64,000 bases of DNA from Iphione sp. A-MEVVRFRX5. Its lineage: Eukaryota. The position numbers were made by a program, and so were the translations under genes. Every line of letters begins with the position of its first letter. Within the stretch, counting starts at the first letter, position 1. This document shows positions 38,501 to 49,814 of the stretch, piece after piece. The notes beneath the pieces were generated by a model. That model searched no databases. It was given only the letters and a program-made list of their open reading frames with translations, and was not told the DNA's origin. The stretch lies in NCBI GenBank assembly GCA_976226885.1, contig OZ320318.1, forward strand, positions 55,118,001 to 55,182,000. The letters run 5' to 3'.

Positions 38501-40708
38501 CTGGGACAGGTGGGAAGGGGGCTGTTTTAGGGGGCGGGAGCAACAGGCTGGAGACATAGAGACATTCAAAGTAAAAGGTCGTGTTCAGAATGCGAACTCA
38601 ACAGCAGGGAGATTCGCTGAGGGGATATTCTGAACAGGAACATAGGTGCAAAGAAACGTTGTAAATAGTAACATGGTATAAAAACTGTTAAAACCTAAAT
38701 CAACGAGTCCCTATATGAAGCATCAATATCATATGGATATTGCCTATCCGACCAATTCCCTGTGACAAAAGCAATTGAAATAGCACACATTTGGACTCCA
38801 AAATCAGAAACCGCTAGTTATCCGACCAATCGACCTTTCATGTAACTTGCCATGCAACGAGTGCTGCTTAAACTTACACAACATGTAATTGGTTTCAGCG
38901 AACCTGTGTTTTGTAATGTATATGGGCAGGAAAATATGAATAACTTCACATCATATGGAAGTAATTACAAGAGCGTCATGCAGACTAGGTCATGTTGCAA
39001 CTCTCATTAAGATGTGAGGAAAAAGGGGAAATCAGTGGAAAGGTACCTTTCACATGAAGAACCTAAAGAGAAGAAGTAAGGCATGCTATAAAAACTGATA
39101 GGCCTCACCATTCTGACAACTGAAACTCTATCATGAAACTTATGACCTGGACTCTGTCTCTTTTTCCATATTTCTCCTCATGCCAAATCGAGCAGTCTTG
39201 TCACAGTTCCCAGTAACATGACATCTGTTCCTCCGCCTATAGCAACGTCTGAAAACCACTACCTTTTCCCAGAGTCTTTCATACCTCCACTTGCGTGAGC
39301 AATATAACTCAACCTGCATGTCTTGTTTATACCATTGAACCGTAACACCTCCTGCCTGTTTTTTAAACAGTAGAACAGGTGTGCTTTTGATTTAGAATGC
39401 CTTACAGGTCATGAGAGGCGTATCAGATTGGAGGAAAATTTGCAGCACTGCGGACAGCCTCGACATTGCCTCACGCGTTGTCTAGAGTGCTTGTTTTTGT
39501 GGCTACTGTAGTCGGAGGAGGTGAGCAGGCCCGCTCGGCACCTAAGGGCTTCCTTCTCATATGCTAAAGCGTCTCTTGCTGATCATGTATGGGCGCACTT
39601 TGCGGCCTTTCTTTTTTTCTATATATGTGTAGGCGTCTGTAGCATGTGTGGATGCGTGTGTATACGTACGTGCGTGCACAGTAACATGATAAAGTCTCGT
39701 AGTCGGGGTCATTTCCCCTTGTGGTGGGAAACGTCGCGTGTCTGTAAGGTCCCGGCGCCGACGCCTACGCCTGTTTGCCATCTGCTGGCAGTCACGTCAA
39801 GTGTGACCAGACGCATGTATAATATTGAAGTCATTCCACAAAAAGGCATTTGTTTCCCCGCTGGTACGGAGATGTATGGCTCAGATCCTTTATTGTTGCC
39901 CCATGTTTGACTGCACACATACTGACTGTAGCCCTCGGTCCAAGAGTGCTACGTGTTAAGATAATAAATTATTGACCATTTGTGGTCATATTCCACCTTA
40001 GATCACTGGCAGCCTATCCCCTGATTACTTAATTATCGTTCAGCGTATACATCCAAGATGGGGTTGAAATAACAGCAACGCTTGCCTATTGCAAACTGAC
40101 CACAGGTGCACAGGGTAAAATCCACGTTACTCCAAGGCGCACGGTCCTCGCCCTGATTGATAATTATTGGACACTGCTAGTCACATACATTTACATGACT
40201 CAAGAGTTGTAAACAGACAGAGACATGTATTAAAACATGCACACAGACACAACATACGAACTCGCATATATTAACTGATGCATGCTTGTAGACACATATA
40301 CAGACACAGCTGTGCATCCTACTTGCTAGAACCCGGTGGGATTTAACCATGCCCTTAGAACTTGGCCGTTAGCAGTGACAGTTAGATGCGCCGGTGTGGG
40401 GTCAAAGACGAACTGGTGGCCCTCCTATACGCATGTAGCAAAGCGGATGGGCGAGGTGTCTGCGAGTGATTTGTCTCTGGAAGCACTGTTGAGGAGCCAC
40501 TGTGTGGGCAGAGCCTGTGAGGAGTCGGCAGGCGTTAGTCAGAGCGCACGATATTTACACAGACCGTAGGCTGTATGCTAATGTCTGTACACTAAATGCT
40601 TTCCCTGCCTCCCCACCGCTCTAACTCGTCCCGCTGTCTCATCCGGTCCCATGCATGAATTCCTCCTTTCAGTAAATCAAACGCGTCCTTCATCTTCAGC
40701 CTTTGCGG

Positions 40709-40843
40709 NNNNNNNNNNNNNNNNNNNNNNNNNNNNNNNNNNNNNNNNNNNNNNNNNNNNNNNNNNNNNNNNNNNNNNNNNNNNNNNNNNNNNNNNNNNN
40801 NNNNNNNNNNNNNNNNNNNNNNNNNNNNNNNNNNNNNNNNNNN
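40709..40843. other. Assembly gap (135 N)
   Basis: Run of n in the sequence. Confidence 1.
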
Positions 40844-43800
40844 CAGATTTTGGGTACCATACTTGAAAGAAGTGACTTTGTCAATGGGCCCCGTGTCTGA
40901 CAGGTAACTAATGAAGGTGGATAATGGGGAAAATGTAAAGTCGCTACAAGGTCGAGGCAGTTGGGTAAAAGTTACAAAAAGCCAAGTATCGCAATTTTAG
41001 CTCCAGAACTGGTTTCTCCTTGTACAGGGCACATTCTTGACCTTGTCGGTAACATGAAATACTTGACACAGTCTGATGACGTTGCATTCGAGAAAATGCA
41101 TTATATAGTCAAGGTGAATAATATACTTAGCGGTCGACAAGACATAGACAAAATGAGATGTGTATGCTATGGCACCTGTATTATATATGTCCTCCAAATA
41201 ACAAAGGTAAAAACCATTGGAATTAAATCAACTGAGATTTTGAAGAGTGCAAAGGTATATTATTGTAGGCATTTTTCCCCAGACAACAGTCTCATAGCTA
41301 GGAATTGTGTGTGTGTGTGTGTGTGGGTGGGGGGTTATCAGGCAATACCCCTATACCCAAGAGGTGGACCTTCTGGTGGTTATATATGTCTAGGTAGGCC
41401 TATAGGCATTAGGTTATGTGGGGGGGTATCGGACAAAACCCCGATACCCCCTTGGCTACGGGCCTGAGATGAGGTTTGGCCCATTACGTACGTGTTTCTG
41501 ATTTCTGCACTTATGTTCTGCCATGCGCCCCCCCCCCTCTAAGAACAGTTACCTTCCTTTTGGTGAGTAAAGGCACCTTCAAGCAAGGTAGATGTCATAA
41601 AGCAGTTAGCAGTTGGGCTAAGTTATATCATCAGATAAAAACGGAATACGAATAAGATGATAAAATAAAATAGAATATGACCCAAATCTATCAGCGTGCT
41701 ATTTGGACATACATGCCTGTCATACAACGTAGTAGAAATATACTATCTGTTGACTAACTAGGCAGCATCTGCTGGCTACAAATAAAGATGATCGTAATCT
41801 AACGCTAACGAAATAAACTTCCTATGTCAATATAATTTCTGAAAAATATAACTACAGACGGCCTTAAATTCTTTGCCTCATTTGATCCAAAACCACGAAG
41901 TGCACTAAATACTGTCTGGAGTCTAGCATGGCAAAGGGATGAACTGTTATAGATGAAAGGGCAGGAGGTACCAAAAGACTGAAGAGAAGGAAGGGTTTGT
42001 AGAAATTAAGTGCTCTCCGGCCTCATCTCTTTTCTTTCTGTGCTTTTTCTGCCCTATTTTCTTCCCTTTTCCGTGATTGTCTTCTGATTCTTCTACTTGA
42101 TTAACGCTTTCCTTTTCACTCCACTCTATGCCCTGTCTTTATTAACCTTCGTGTTTCTTACTCTCCCGTTTTTGCTTTCCCTTTTTACTCTTCACCAAAC
42201 TGTAATATCTGCTAACGTTGTATGGCGTCCTTTCTACTGTCAATTCTACCCTCGATTCCCTACCGCCTCTTTGTGACACATACCACTGCCCATCTGCTGT
42301 ACCTCCATCTAGATCTAGAGTACTTCTAATGCCAATTCCCTTCTCACAACCGTTTTCCTTATTTCCTATTGCTTTTAACATTTTGTTATCATTCTAGATC
42401 TATCCTCGTCTATATTTTCTGAAACTATGCATGTTATCCATCTACTAACGCTACAATGTTTCTACTGCTTCGTCACTTTATACCTCGTCCTTGTTTTCTT
42501 CTTTCCCTCCTAGTGACTTCCCATTTAACCCCCCATCACAACTCAGTTTTATGTGCATCGACACAAATTGGCACTGTAATTTATATACAAATTTTTATAA
42601 ATAACATTTAAGGGATTTTCATTAATTAGGGTATGCGCGTTGACAGTTTATGACAATTTACAACATTTCTATAGTCATGTGACCAGTTTTTAATGACAGT
42701 CACTCCATACTGAATTTTCAATTAAATTTTGGTAAAGGTCATCAACCTTACTTGATCAAAGAAAACGATATGGCGATGGAATCTTTTAAAGAATAATGGT
42801 ATCAAGTATGTGCCACGTTCTCCTATGTATATTAGTAAGTAAACTGTTTTACAAAAATTGCGTGGAATTTAACACTTGTGTTAGGAGTTGGGACAGGATA
42901 GGTCTTCAATGATTTGGGGGTATTTTTCATGAAAACATTTTATCAAAAAGGGGCAGCAGAAATGTGGAATTTGCATCGTAGATGCTGTCCATTAAAACAC
43001 AGTCAATTCTAGATCAACCTACAAATTCTCCCATCTGATTTGGAACGTGAAGCACTTCCATACGCGATAGTTTGAATGTCCTCCCCTTCATTGGTGGACA
43101 CCCTACCAGTGGCTACTGTTTTAACTGCATAACTATAGATTGTACTCGTATACATGTATATACATAACACTGGTGAGGCAGAGGTATGCTCCTATAATGA
43201 GTGATAAAAAGGGGGTTACTCTGTGGTAGGATTAGGTGACACAAACCCTTTTCCATACACACGCTCCACTATCCAATGGCAAGCGGTTGTCATGGAAGCC
43301 TACCCCACCCACCCATCCACTCAACCGCCGTAGGTGTCCTAGCTAGTGGGATTTAATTACTAAATCAGAGTATGAACGCAATGCACATCATGAACTCTCG
43401 CATGCTCCACTTATGGAAAGATCACATGAACCGTGTTCGGGAATGAATGCTTGAGGCAGTTTCATGGCTGATTGGAGGCTTTCATTGCCAGACGGCTTAT
43501 TATTGTCACTCTCCCTGCTTGCTAACCAGTGGACCTTTTGTGTGCGAACCTACTGTTATTACACGTTGAAAATTCAGCATGGAATATTTCCATTAAAGCA
43601 TAATTTTCTAAATTATGACTCACATCCGTTGTTTTTGCAGGAAGCGTTCAGTAACGAGAAAACAAAGAGGACCATCAAGCTGATAACGTAACACTGGTAC
43701 AATAGGAAAGATTCGTCTTCCGTGGTAATGACTGAATCGCCATAAAAGTACATATGTACACATACATTATGTAAATGTAAACTGTGCCACAGCATTGACG

Positions 43801-45082
43801 ATGTTTTTAATATTGCTCGACCTCTATCGTATTGCAGACGGCATCAGTATTCGGTGTCTGCGCCGATAAAACGCATTTGAACTGCCTTTAATAATCGGTT
43901 CGTCATGTAAGCTAAATCTCCATGTACATGTATCTGTTTAGTGTGTAATGTGTTTTCACAGCCATGGAGCACCATGAAAAGTTCACACCAAGTTCACCAT
44001 AAAAAGTAATTAAACGAGTGTAGAGCCTTGTATTACCCCAGTAGATTCAAATAGTTCCCAGTCCAGACACACATACACAGCCTTGAAAACATGGCGGAAT
44101 GGGACTTGTCCCATTCTAAAAACACACTGCACAGAGGCATGCAACGCACCACATTGTGTAAAGGGATACACTCCTCTTGCTATCCTAGATGCCCCAAATC
44201 GACAGCAACACACCAGCATGGGCGTTGAAACATATTTGTGAAAAATCGAGTACAGAGATATAGCCGTATTTTCTTAATTGGGTTCACATAGTTAAAGTAA
44301 CTTTGGGGTGTAATCATTACTGGCTTTTCGCGGTCTGGTGAGTGAGCCGTGCGCAGGGTAGAAAATAAAGTCCTCAGCTGGTGGTCCGAAACTGGCTTAT
44401 ACCAAGGGTAACCTTCAATTCAGTTCATTTATGCGACGCAAACTACATTCAAGTACATGTGCCTCCATCTAAAAGATAAACGACGGCAAGGTGGGAGTTT
44501 GACAAGAAAACCCTCGTTCCCACGTAGTTCTGTATTGAAGATACATCCTACAGTCTATCGACCATCTCGTATACGGAGCATTCCTCGATTTTTCATCCGA
44601 CAGCAGGGCCTCCCATTATCCCAAAATGCACGGAGTATGTCCTGGCCCCTGAGAACAGACACGTGAGAACAGGACTCAAAGCACCGGCACAAGGAATCGT
44701 CTGCTGTATTCCCTTACTGAAAACCCTCCCGCCACGTATACACATGTACGTTTAAAAAAAACTATTTTCTAATTATATGTGTCACTGTTTTGTACACCCT
44801 ATGTATCGAGCCATACTCAAGAGACGTGTTTGGCTCTCTGACAACAGTACATGTAATATCCATGGCAACTCAATCAGTTAAGCTACATCTTAAAGCAGAA
44901 ATAGTGAGCTATAAAAGGTATTAATTTGTTCCTTTAGTTAAGAAAGAAAAGAGGCTTTCTGAGAAAAAAAAACGCTCCAAAGGCCTCCCTTAGTGCTGCC
45001 TTGGTTACCTTTAAGGTTTTCCCCAAGTTAACGCATATAGATCTGTGGTACTACGTAACAGCAAAAGTAAATACTATAGAAA

Positions 45083-45550
45083 GACGAGCCTGAGAATTGT
45101 TGGGGGGTAGCACGGAACATATATGTGGAGGACTTCAAAATTGCTTGTAGCATTTTGCTCGTATATTGTTGTCCTCTCTGGCAATATGTGACCAAAAGTA
45201 CAACAGAGAATTATGTCTCTAACTGACTGCTGCGTATCGACGAGATCTGTACGCGATTCAGTGATTTTTCCTCAACACTAATAACAATCACGTCTTTGCA
45301 CATTATACGTTTGTCCCCTCTAATGTATATCGCAGGACCCTGAATTTATTGTACACATTCTATATATACAAAATTCGGTTTTCTGAATCAGGATAACGAC
45401 AGACGTACTGATAACAACCGAGACAAATTGTTTTCCTGTTGCTCAATTAGACGAGCCTGAGAATTGTTGGAGGTAGCACAGAATATATATGTGGAGAACT
45501 TCAAAAATGCTTGTAGCATTTCGCTCGTATACTGTTGTCCTCTCTGGCCT
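45083..45550. repeat. Local ~98-bp direct duplication separated by ~270 bp
   Basis: GACGAGCCTGAGAATTGTTGG...GTTGTCCTCTCTGGC at about 45083 and about 45451, with roughly ten differences. Confidence 0.75.
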
Positions 45551-46104
45551 GTTGCTCAATTAGAAAGGTGTGTTAAATACTTCACAATACAGCTTCAGAA
45601 AAAGACGACTTAGTGCCACACATGAGTGTTATTCACCAACTAGATGAAGTGGGAGCAGGCAGTAAACTAATAAGATTAGTGAGAAGTTACCTCTCCCTAT
45701 GAAAACACTTTGTAAGATGCAAAGACGGTGACTCCAGCTGCAGGATTCTCAGACAGGGGTCCTGCAAGGGTCTGTGTGTGACTCACTTCCATAGTATACA
45801 TCAGCTGTGGTGTATGCCGACGATATGACTGTTTTGGCATATGCAAAGGACCCCTACAACTAAGGAAAATGGCCCCAAACACCCTAGAGCGTGTGATTAG
45901 GGCTTGGTCTTGAGTTGAGTGGTACCAAAATTGAGCAAGTGGGTGTAATGATCCTATTAGGGCTCATTGTAGATGATAGACTCAATTTTATAGAGGAACG
46001 CAAAAAGTAAGGAGGAAGTTGTGTGAAGTGGCATTGAAGATGCTGGTTAAGAAGAGAAGCTTGCCGGCTGTTCATAATCAGATGGCCATGTCACTCATTC
46101 CTAT

Positions 46105-46546
46105 TGTAAGACGTGGATGAATAAAGATGTGAACAACTCAGAGTCCAGTTCCAAACTGTTTATTACCTTCCAAAGTCAGAGTTTATATAGCCCATAGGGG
46201 CCACAGTCAGCCAATCAGGAAGTCAGACATGTTCCTCAACCAATCAGAAATCAGGGCCATTAGTGGCAACAATGTATCACACTTAAAGAAGCATCTCAAC
46301 CAATCAGTGCCTACCCTCCGACATGAGATACAAAGTAATCAATTTTGGAACGCCCCCCCACCAATCAGAGAGCTCCCCCCATTTAAGGAAGTGTGGGGTG
46401 ATCTGCTGTTGACCAATCAGGGTATAGCACCCGGCAGTGGAAATTTCCATACAAACGTGCGTGCGGTGTTCCTGGGGAAACCGGTGCACTATCTGGTTTG
46501 GGTGTGGTGTGTCAAAGTCCTATCTGGTGCGCCAGCCTATTCTACA
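46105..46546 (-). repeat. 3' LTR (442 bp)
   Basis: Five CCAATCAG boxes (46211, 46240, 46300, 46361, 46413); on the minus strand TATATAAA (46189-46182) and AATAAA (46164-46159). Adjacent to the PPT. Confidence 0.97.
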
Positions 46547-46560
46547 CTCTCCCTACCTTT
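46547..46560 (-). promoter_or_regulatory. Polypurine tract
   Basis: Minus strand AAAGGTAGGGAGAG directly abuts the TGTAGA start of the 3' LTR. Confidence 0.9.
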
Positions 46561-47168
46561 AAAAGAAAACCCCCCACCAAATCGACCAATCTTAATCGCT
46601 TTAAGCGGTTATAAATAACACAGAGGGGGTTAAGGGGGAGGGGCTCCAAAAAAATAAAATATGTGGTTTCTTACCCCAATGGTGTCTTCCATTGTCCTTC
46701 CTAACGTTCCTCGTTAACATCTTAGCGTCCTTCTTAAACTTGCCGACGGGCTATCAACATCTCAAATATCTGTTGTCCCTAATCCTCGACATATGTTTTC
46801 CCAGAGCCAACGGGCTCTCTAACAAAACTTGGGTCAAATACTTTGTTTGGGGCCAACTGGCCTTGTCATATGGGTCAACTTCTAAAAAAAATCACAGGGC
46901 TATCCCTACTTCTTGACATGTGCTTCCTGGAGCCAGTAGGCTCTCCAGCAAATCCGACATCCTCCAGTCCTCCGGGGCTACCATACCTCAGTCTAAGATA
47001 ATGCTTAATCATGTATACACTTCTGGAGGGCCAACGGGCCCTCCAACAAACCTCTAATTGTCTTACCGAATGTCCTCCGATCAATAACAGCTACAAGGTA
47101 ACAGTCCTTAATCTATAGGTTCTTCCTAACACCAGCGAATGTTCCGACCTGGACCCAGCTGTGCTGCT

Positions 47169-48710
47169 CTAATCTAAAAGGTAGGTCACTGGGTTAGCGT
47201 TCTTGCAGACGTCCACCATCGTGGGGTTTTCCCGCTCTTGATGTCTTCTGGCTGTCTCGGCTTCGTCGTGCCATAACCGTACCGTCTCTTCCGACAATGT
47301 CGGTGCCAAGGGGTTTGAGGGTCGCCAGTCTCTTATCTTCTCTAGTGCTGCCTGTATGGTTTGGTTATGAATCTCGGTGAGATTCTGAATGGGCTCCCAT
47401 TCTCCCCGCGATGGTGCCGCAGTCCCATCCAAAATCAGATATGGCCTCTTCTGTAGTGGTTCTAAGAGAGAATGGGGCATCTGAGGGTCCTCAGCTAGTT
47501 GGAGCACCCATGCCAATGACAGTCCTGCTATCAAGCGTGCTCCATTGCTAGCTGCTTCCCACCCTCGTGGTGGCCAGGTGAGTCCCGAAGGCAACCGCAC
47601 CCATGCTGGTGTTGGATCCTGCCGTACCACTGCCGGGTTACTCCCTATCCGTCCGTCTAGAAATCTTTCTAGATAGTCTTCCACCTTCCGTCGTCTCGAC
47701 CCCTCCGGGATGGCTTCTTGTAGAATGGCCCACAAGTCCCCTTCTTCCGTGGACGTTACATTAGACTCCGGTGATCCTGAGTCTTCTTTCCTCGATGTGT
47801 CAGGTCTGGTTGATGGTCTCAGGCCGGCAAGAGGGGATTCTGGCGTCGTTTCGGGCTTAGTTGTTGATGTTCCCTTGGTGGCGGGTATCAGTTGTGCACA
47901 CCTCTCCGGGGTTTCGTACTCCATTGGTACAACCAATGGTGTAGAACCAACAGATGACTTCCCTTGACAACGCTCTCTTAGATCCGGGAATCCTACCTGA
48001 TGAGACACGAACGTTGGGGGTCCTTGTCTGTCTCTCATTGTAGGCTCTCCGTGTTCTCCCCCAGCCACTTGCTCGGTAGTTGTCTCCTCTGTTGATGTAA
48101 GATCATCGTCACTCTGGGGGGTCCTTCGCCGCTTTCTGGTAGGGGAGCCGGCTAAATTAATGTCCTTGCGTCTTCTTGGTGGCGTCCCCTCGGCTGCAAC
48201 TTTCTTCTCTTTTGGAGTAGGTTCAAGAGGGACAGCCTCCTCCTCGGAATCTTCTTCCTCCCCAAGGACCACGGTGTTCTCCTTTGCGTAGCGCACCCAA
48301 GCTTCGACTCTCTCGCGGGATGAAGACTCCCCTTGCTTCCAGGCCCTCTGCAACTTGGAAATAGTCCAAGACGTCCAGTCTGCAGGGACATCTGCTGTCT
48401 CTTCTCCTTGTACGACTTGGTAGAGTGGGTGGTAGGTGCGCCCCGTGAGACCCAGGTTCACTGCCCAGGTGTGATGCCTGTTGTAGTGACGCTTCCACGA
48501 GAAGGTATTGATGCAGGTCTGAGGGCAGATTAAGCACGCCATCAGTTGGCTGTTATCGTGGTACGTCCTGACGTGCTTCCTCAACGACTTCTGTGAGGGG
48601 AAGATTTTCCTCTCCTGACACTGGTCACATAGTGTATATCCCTCTGGAATGGCTTGTCCTTCTTTTAAGACTCTTGGGGGTTTCTCTGGAAATTTCTTCT
48701 TTCTCGGCAT
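47169..48710 (-). CDS. Accessory ORF: 513-aa protein with two N-terminal C2H2 zinc fingers and NLS-like basic clusters
   Basis: CDQC-x14-H-x4-H with F-x5-L-x2-H, and CLIC-x12-H-x3-H. Basic clusters MPRKKK, PPRRRK, TRKRRR. Uninterrupted, inside the LTR pair; no signal peptide or TM, so not env. Confidence 0.85.
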   Translation of the reverse strand: MPRKKKFPEKPPRVLKEGQAIPEGYTLCDQCQERKIFPSQKSLRKHVRTYHDNSQLMACLICPQTCINTFSWKRHYNRHHTWAVNLGLTGRTYHPLYQVVQGEETADVPADWTSWTISKLQRAWKQGESSSRERVEAWVRYAKENTVVLGEEEDSEEEAVPLEPTPKEKKVAAEGTPPRRRKDINLAGSPTRKRRRTPQSDDDLTSTEETTTEQVAGGEHGEPTMRDRQGPPTFVSHQVGFPDLRERCQGKSSVGSTPLVVPMEYETPERCAQLIPATKGTSTTKPETTPESPLAGLRPSTRPDTSRKEDSGSPESNVTSTEEGDLWAILQEAIPEGSRRRKVEDYLERFLDGRIGSNPAVVRQDPTPAWVRLPSGLTWPPRGWEAASNGARLIAGLSLAWVLQLAEDPQMPHSLLEPLQKRPYLILDGTAAPSRGEWEPIQNLTEIHNQTIQAALEKIRDWRPSNPLAPTLSEETVRLWHDEAETARRHQERENPTMVDVCKNANPVTYLLD

Positions 48711-48783
48711 CCTGGACTAAGTCTGGCAACCCAGACGAGTGTGACGTAGGTATGGATGTGTGTGTTGGTTGACTCAGGGTTTG

Positions 48784-48885
48784 GCTGACTATGAGTAGCT
48801 GACTGTGAGTAGCTGACTGTGAGTAGTTGACTGTGAGTAGCTGTTGTAGTGACGGTATGATGTGAGTAGTTGTTGTAGTGACGGT
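48784..48885. repeat. Short tandem repeats upstream of the zinc-finger ORF
   Basis: Four ~14-bp GCTGACTGTGAGTA units, then two TGTGAGTAG(C/T)TGTTGTAGTGACGGT units. Confidence 0.8.
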
Positions 48886-49189
48886 CAAATCTAGTGTCCC
48901 CAAGGCCTGGACCCCTTGCAATCAGTCTCCTGTTTAGGGTACCCCTCCTAAGTAGGTTGATAAGAACTGACCTGAGTATGGTGCGCCCCTTCTTTCTTGA
49001 TCCTGATGTCTGTAGTAGATGACAGCTGGTTATTTACGGTTCTTCCCCTTCTATCAGCTGCTATTCACGTTACAACCACCTAAGTGTGGTAGGAAAACCC
49101 TAGTTTTGCTTCTAATTTCAGAAAAACGTTGTCCGTTTTCGTAATTTCTGCCGAAATCGTCTGCTGATTCTAGTTCTCCGCACTGCCTC

Positions 49190-49735
49190 GTGGTGGCGCC
49201 CCAGTGTTGGTGCGCTTCGAGTGCGGTGCGACAAGCATTTTCATTCAAACTTGGTCTTTTTCGTCTCGGATGGGCTTCATCGCAGGGGTGTTGCGTTGTC
49301 CACATACATTTCCTCGTTTTCGTGCTGTTTTTTAGGAAAGTCTGTGTGTTTCTGTACGATATTCGACCGGTGCGACGGCTTTAGTTCTTCTAAGTGCTGT
49401 GTGGTGGCGCCCCGATGTTGGTGCGCTTCGAGTGCGGTGCGCCAACTAGTTTCGTTCGACTCGCGAAAATGGAAGATTCTGATGTCTCGGGTGGGCTTCA
49501 TCGCATGGGTGTTGTGTTGCCAACATACATCTCCTCGTTTTCGTGCTGTTTCTTCGGAAAGTCTGTGTGTTTCTGTACGATATTCGACCGGTGCGACGGC
49601 TTTAGTTCCTCTAAGTGATGTGTGGTGGCGCCCCGCTGTTGGTGCGCTTCGAGTGCGGTGCGCCAATTATTTTCGTTCGACTCGCGGTCGGTGACGAAAA
49701 TGGAAGGTTCCGATGTCGTTGTGGCCCTATTTAAG
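49190..49735. promoter_or_regulatory. Internal promoter-like block: 2.4 copies of a 211-221-bp repeat ending at a TATA-like box
   Basis: GTGGTGGCGCCCC...TGGTGCGCTTCGAGTGCGGTGCG starts at 49190, 49401 and 49622. TATTTAAG at 49728-49735, with a CCATT initiator-like A 31 nt downstream (49759). Confidence 0.6.
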
Positions 49736-49814
49736 CTTCCTTGAGATGATTCGATGCCATTCAGCCCTAAGTACTTTCTTCAGGCAGCTGTCAACATCTC
49801 TTCACCTCCTCATC

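Noticed and set aside
42020-42560. Purine-rich minus-strand ORF (42142-42381) as a gene
   Set aside because: Low-complexity composition, with no recognisable motif or splice support.
46229-46618. 129-aa and 123-aa ORFs at 46229 and 56413
   Set aside because: Incidental TTG-started frames within the duplicated LTR sequence.
47169-48710. env gene at the canonical env position
   Set aside because: No signal peptide, furin site or TM helix; it has zinc fingers and NLS-like clusters instead.
49190-49718. CRISPR-like array or extra tRNA-Lys PBS (TGGCGCCC)
   Set aside because: Eukaryotic context, units are contiguous tandem repeats without unique spacers, and the PBS-like match is only 8 nt and not next to an LTR.
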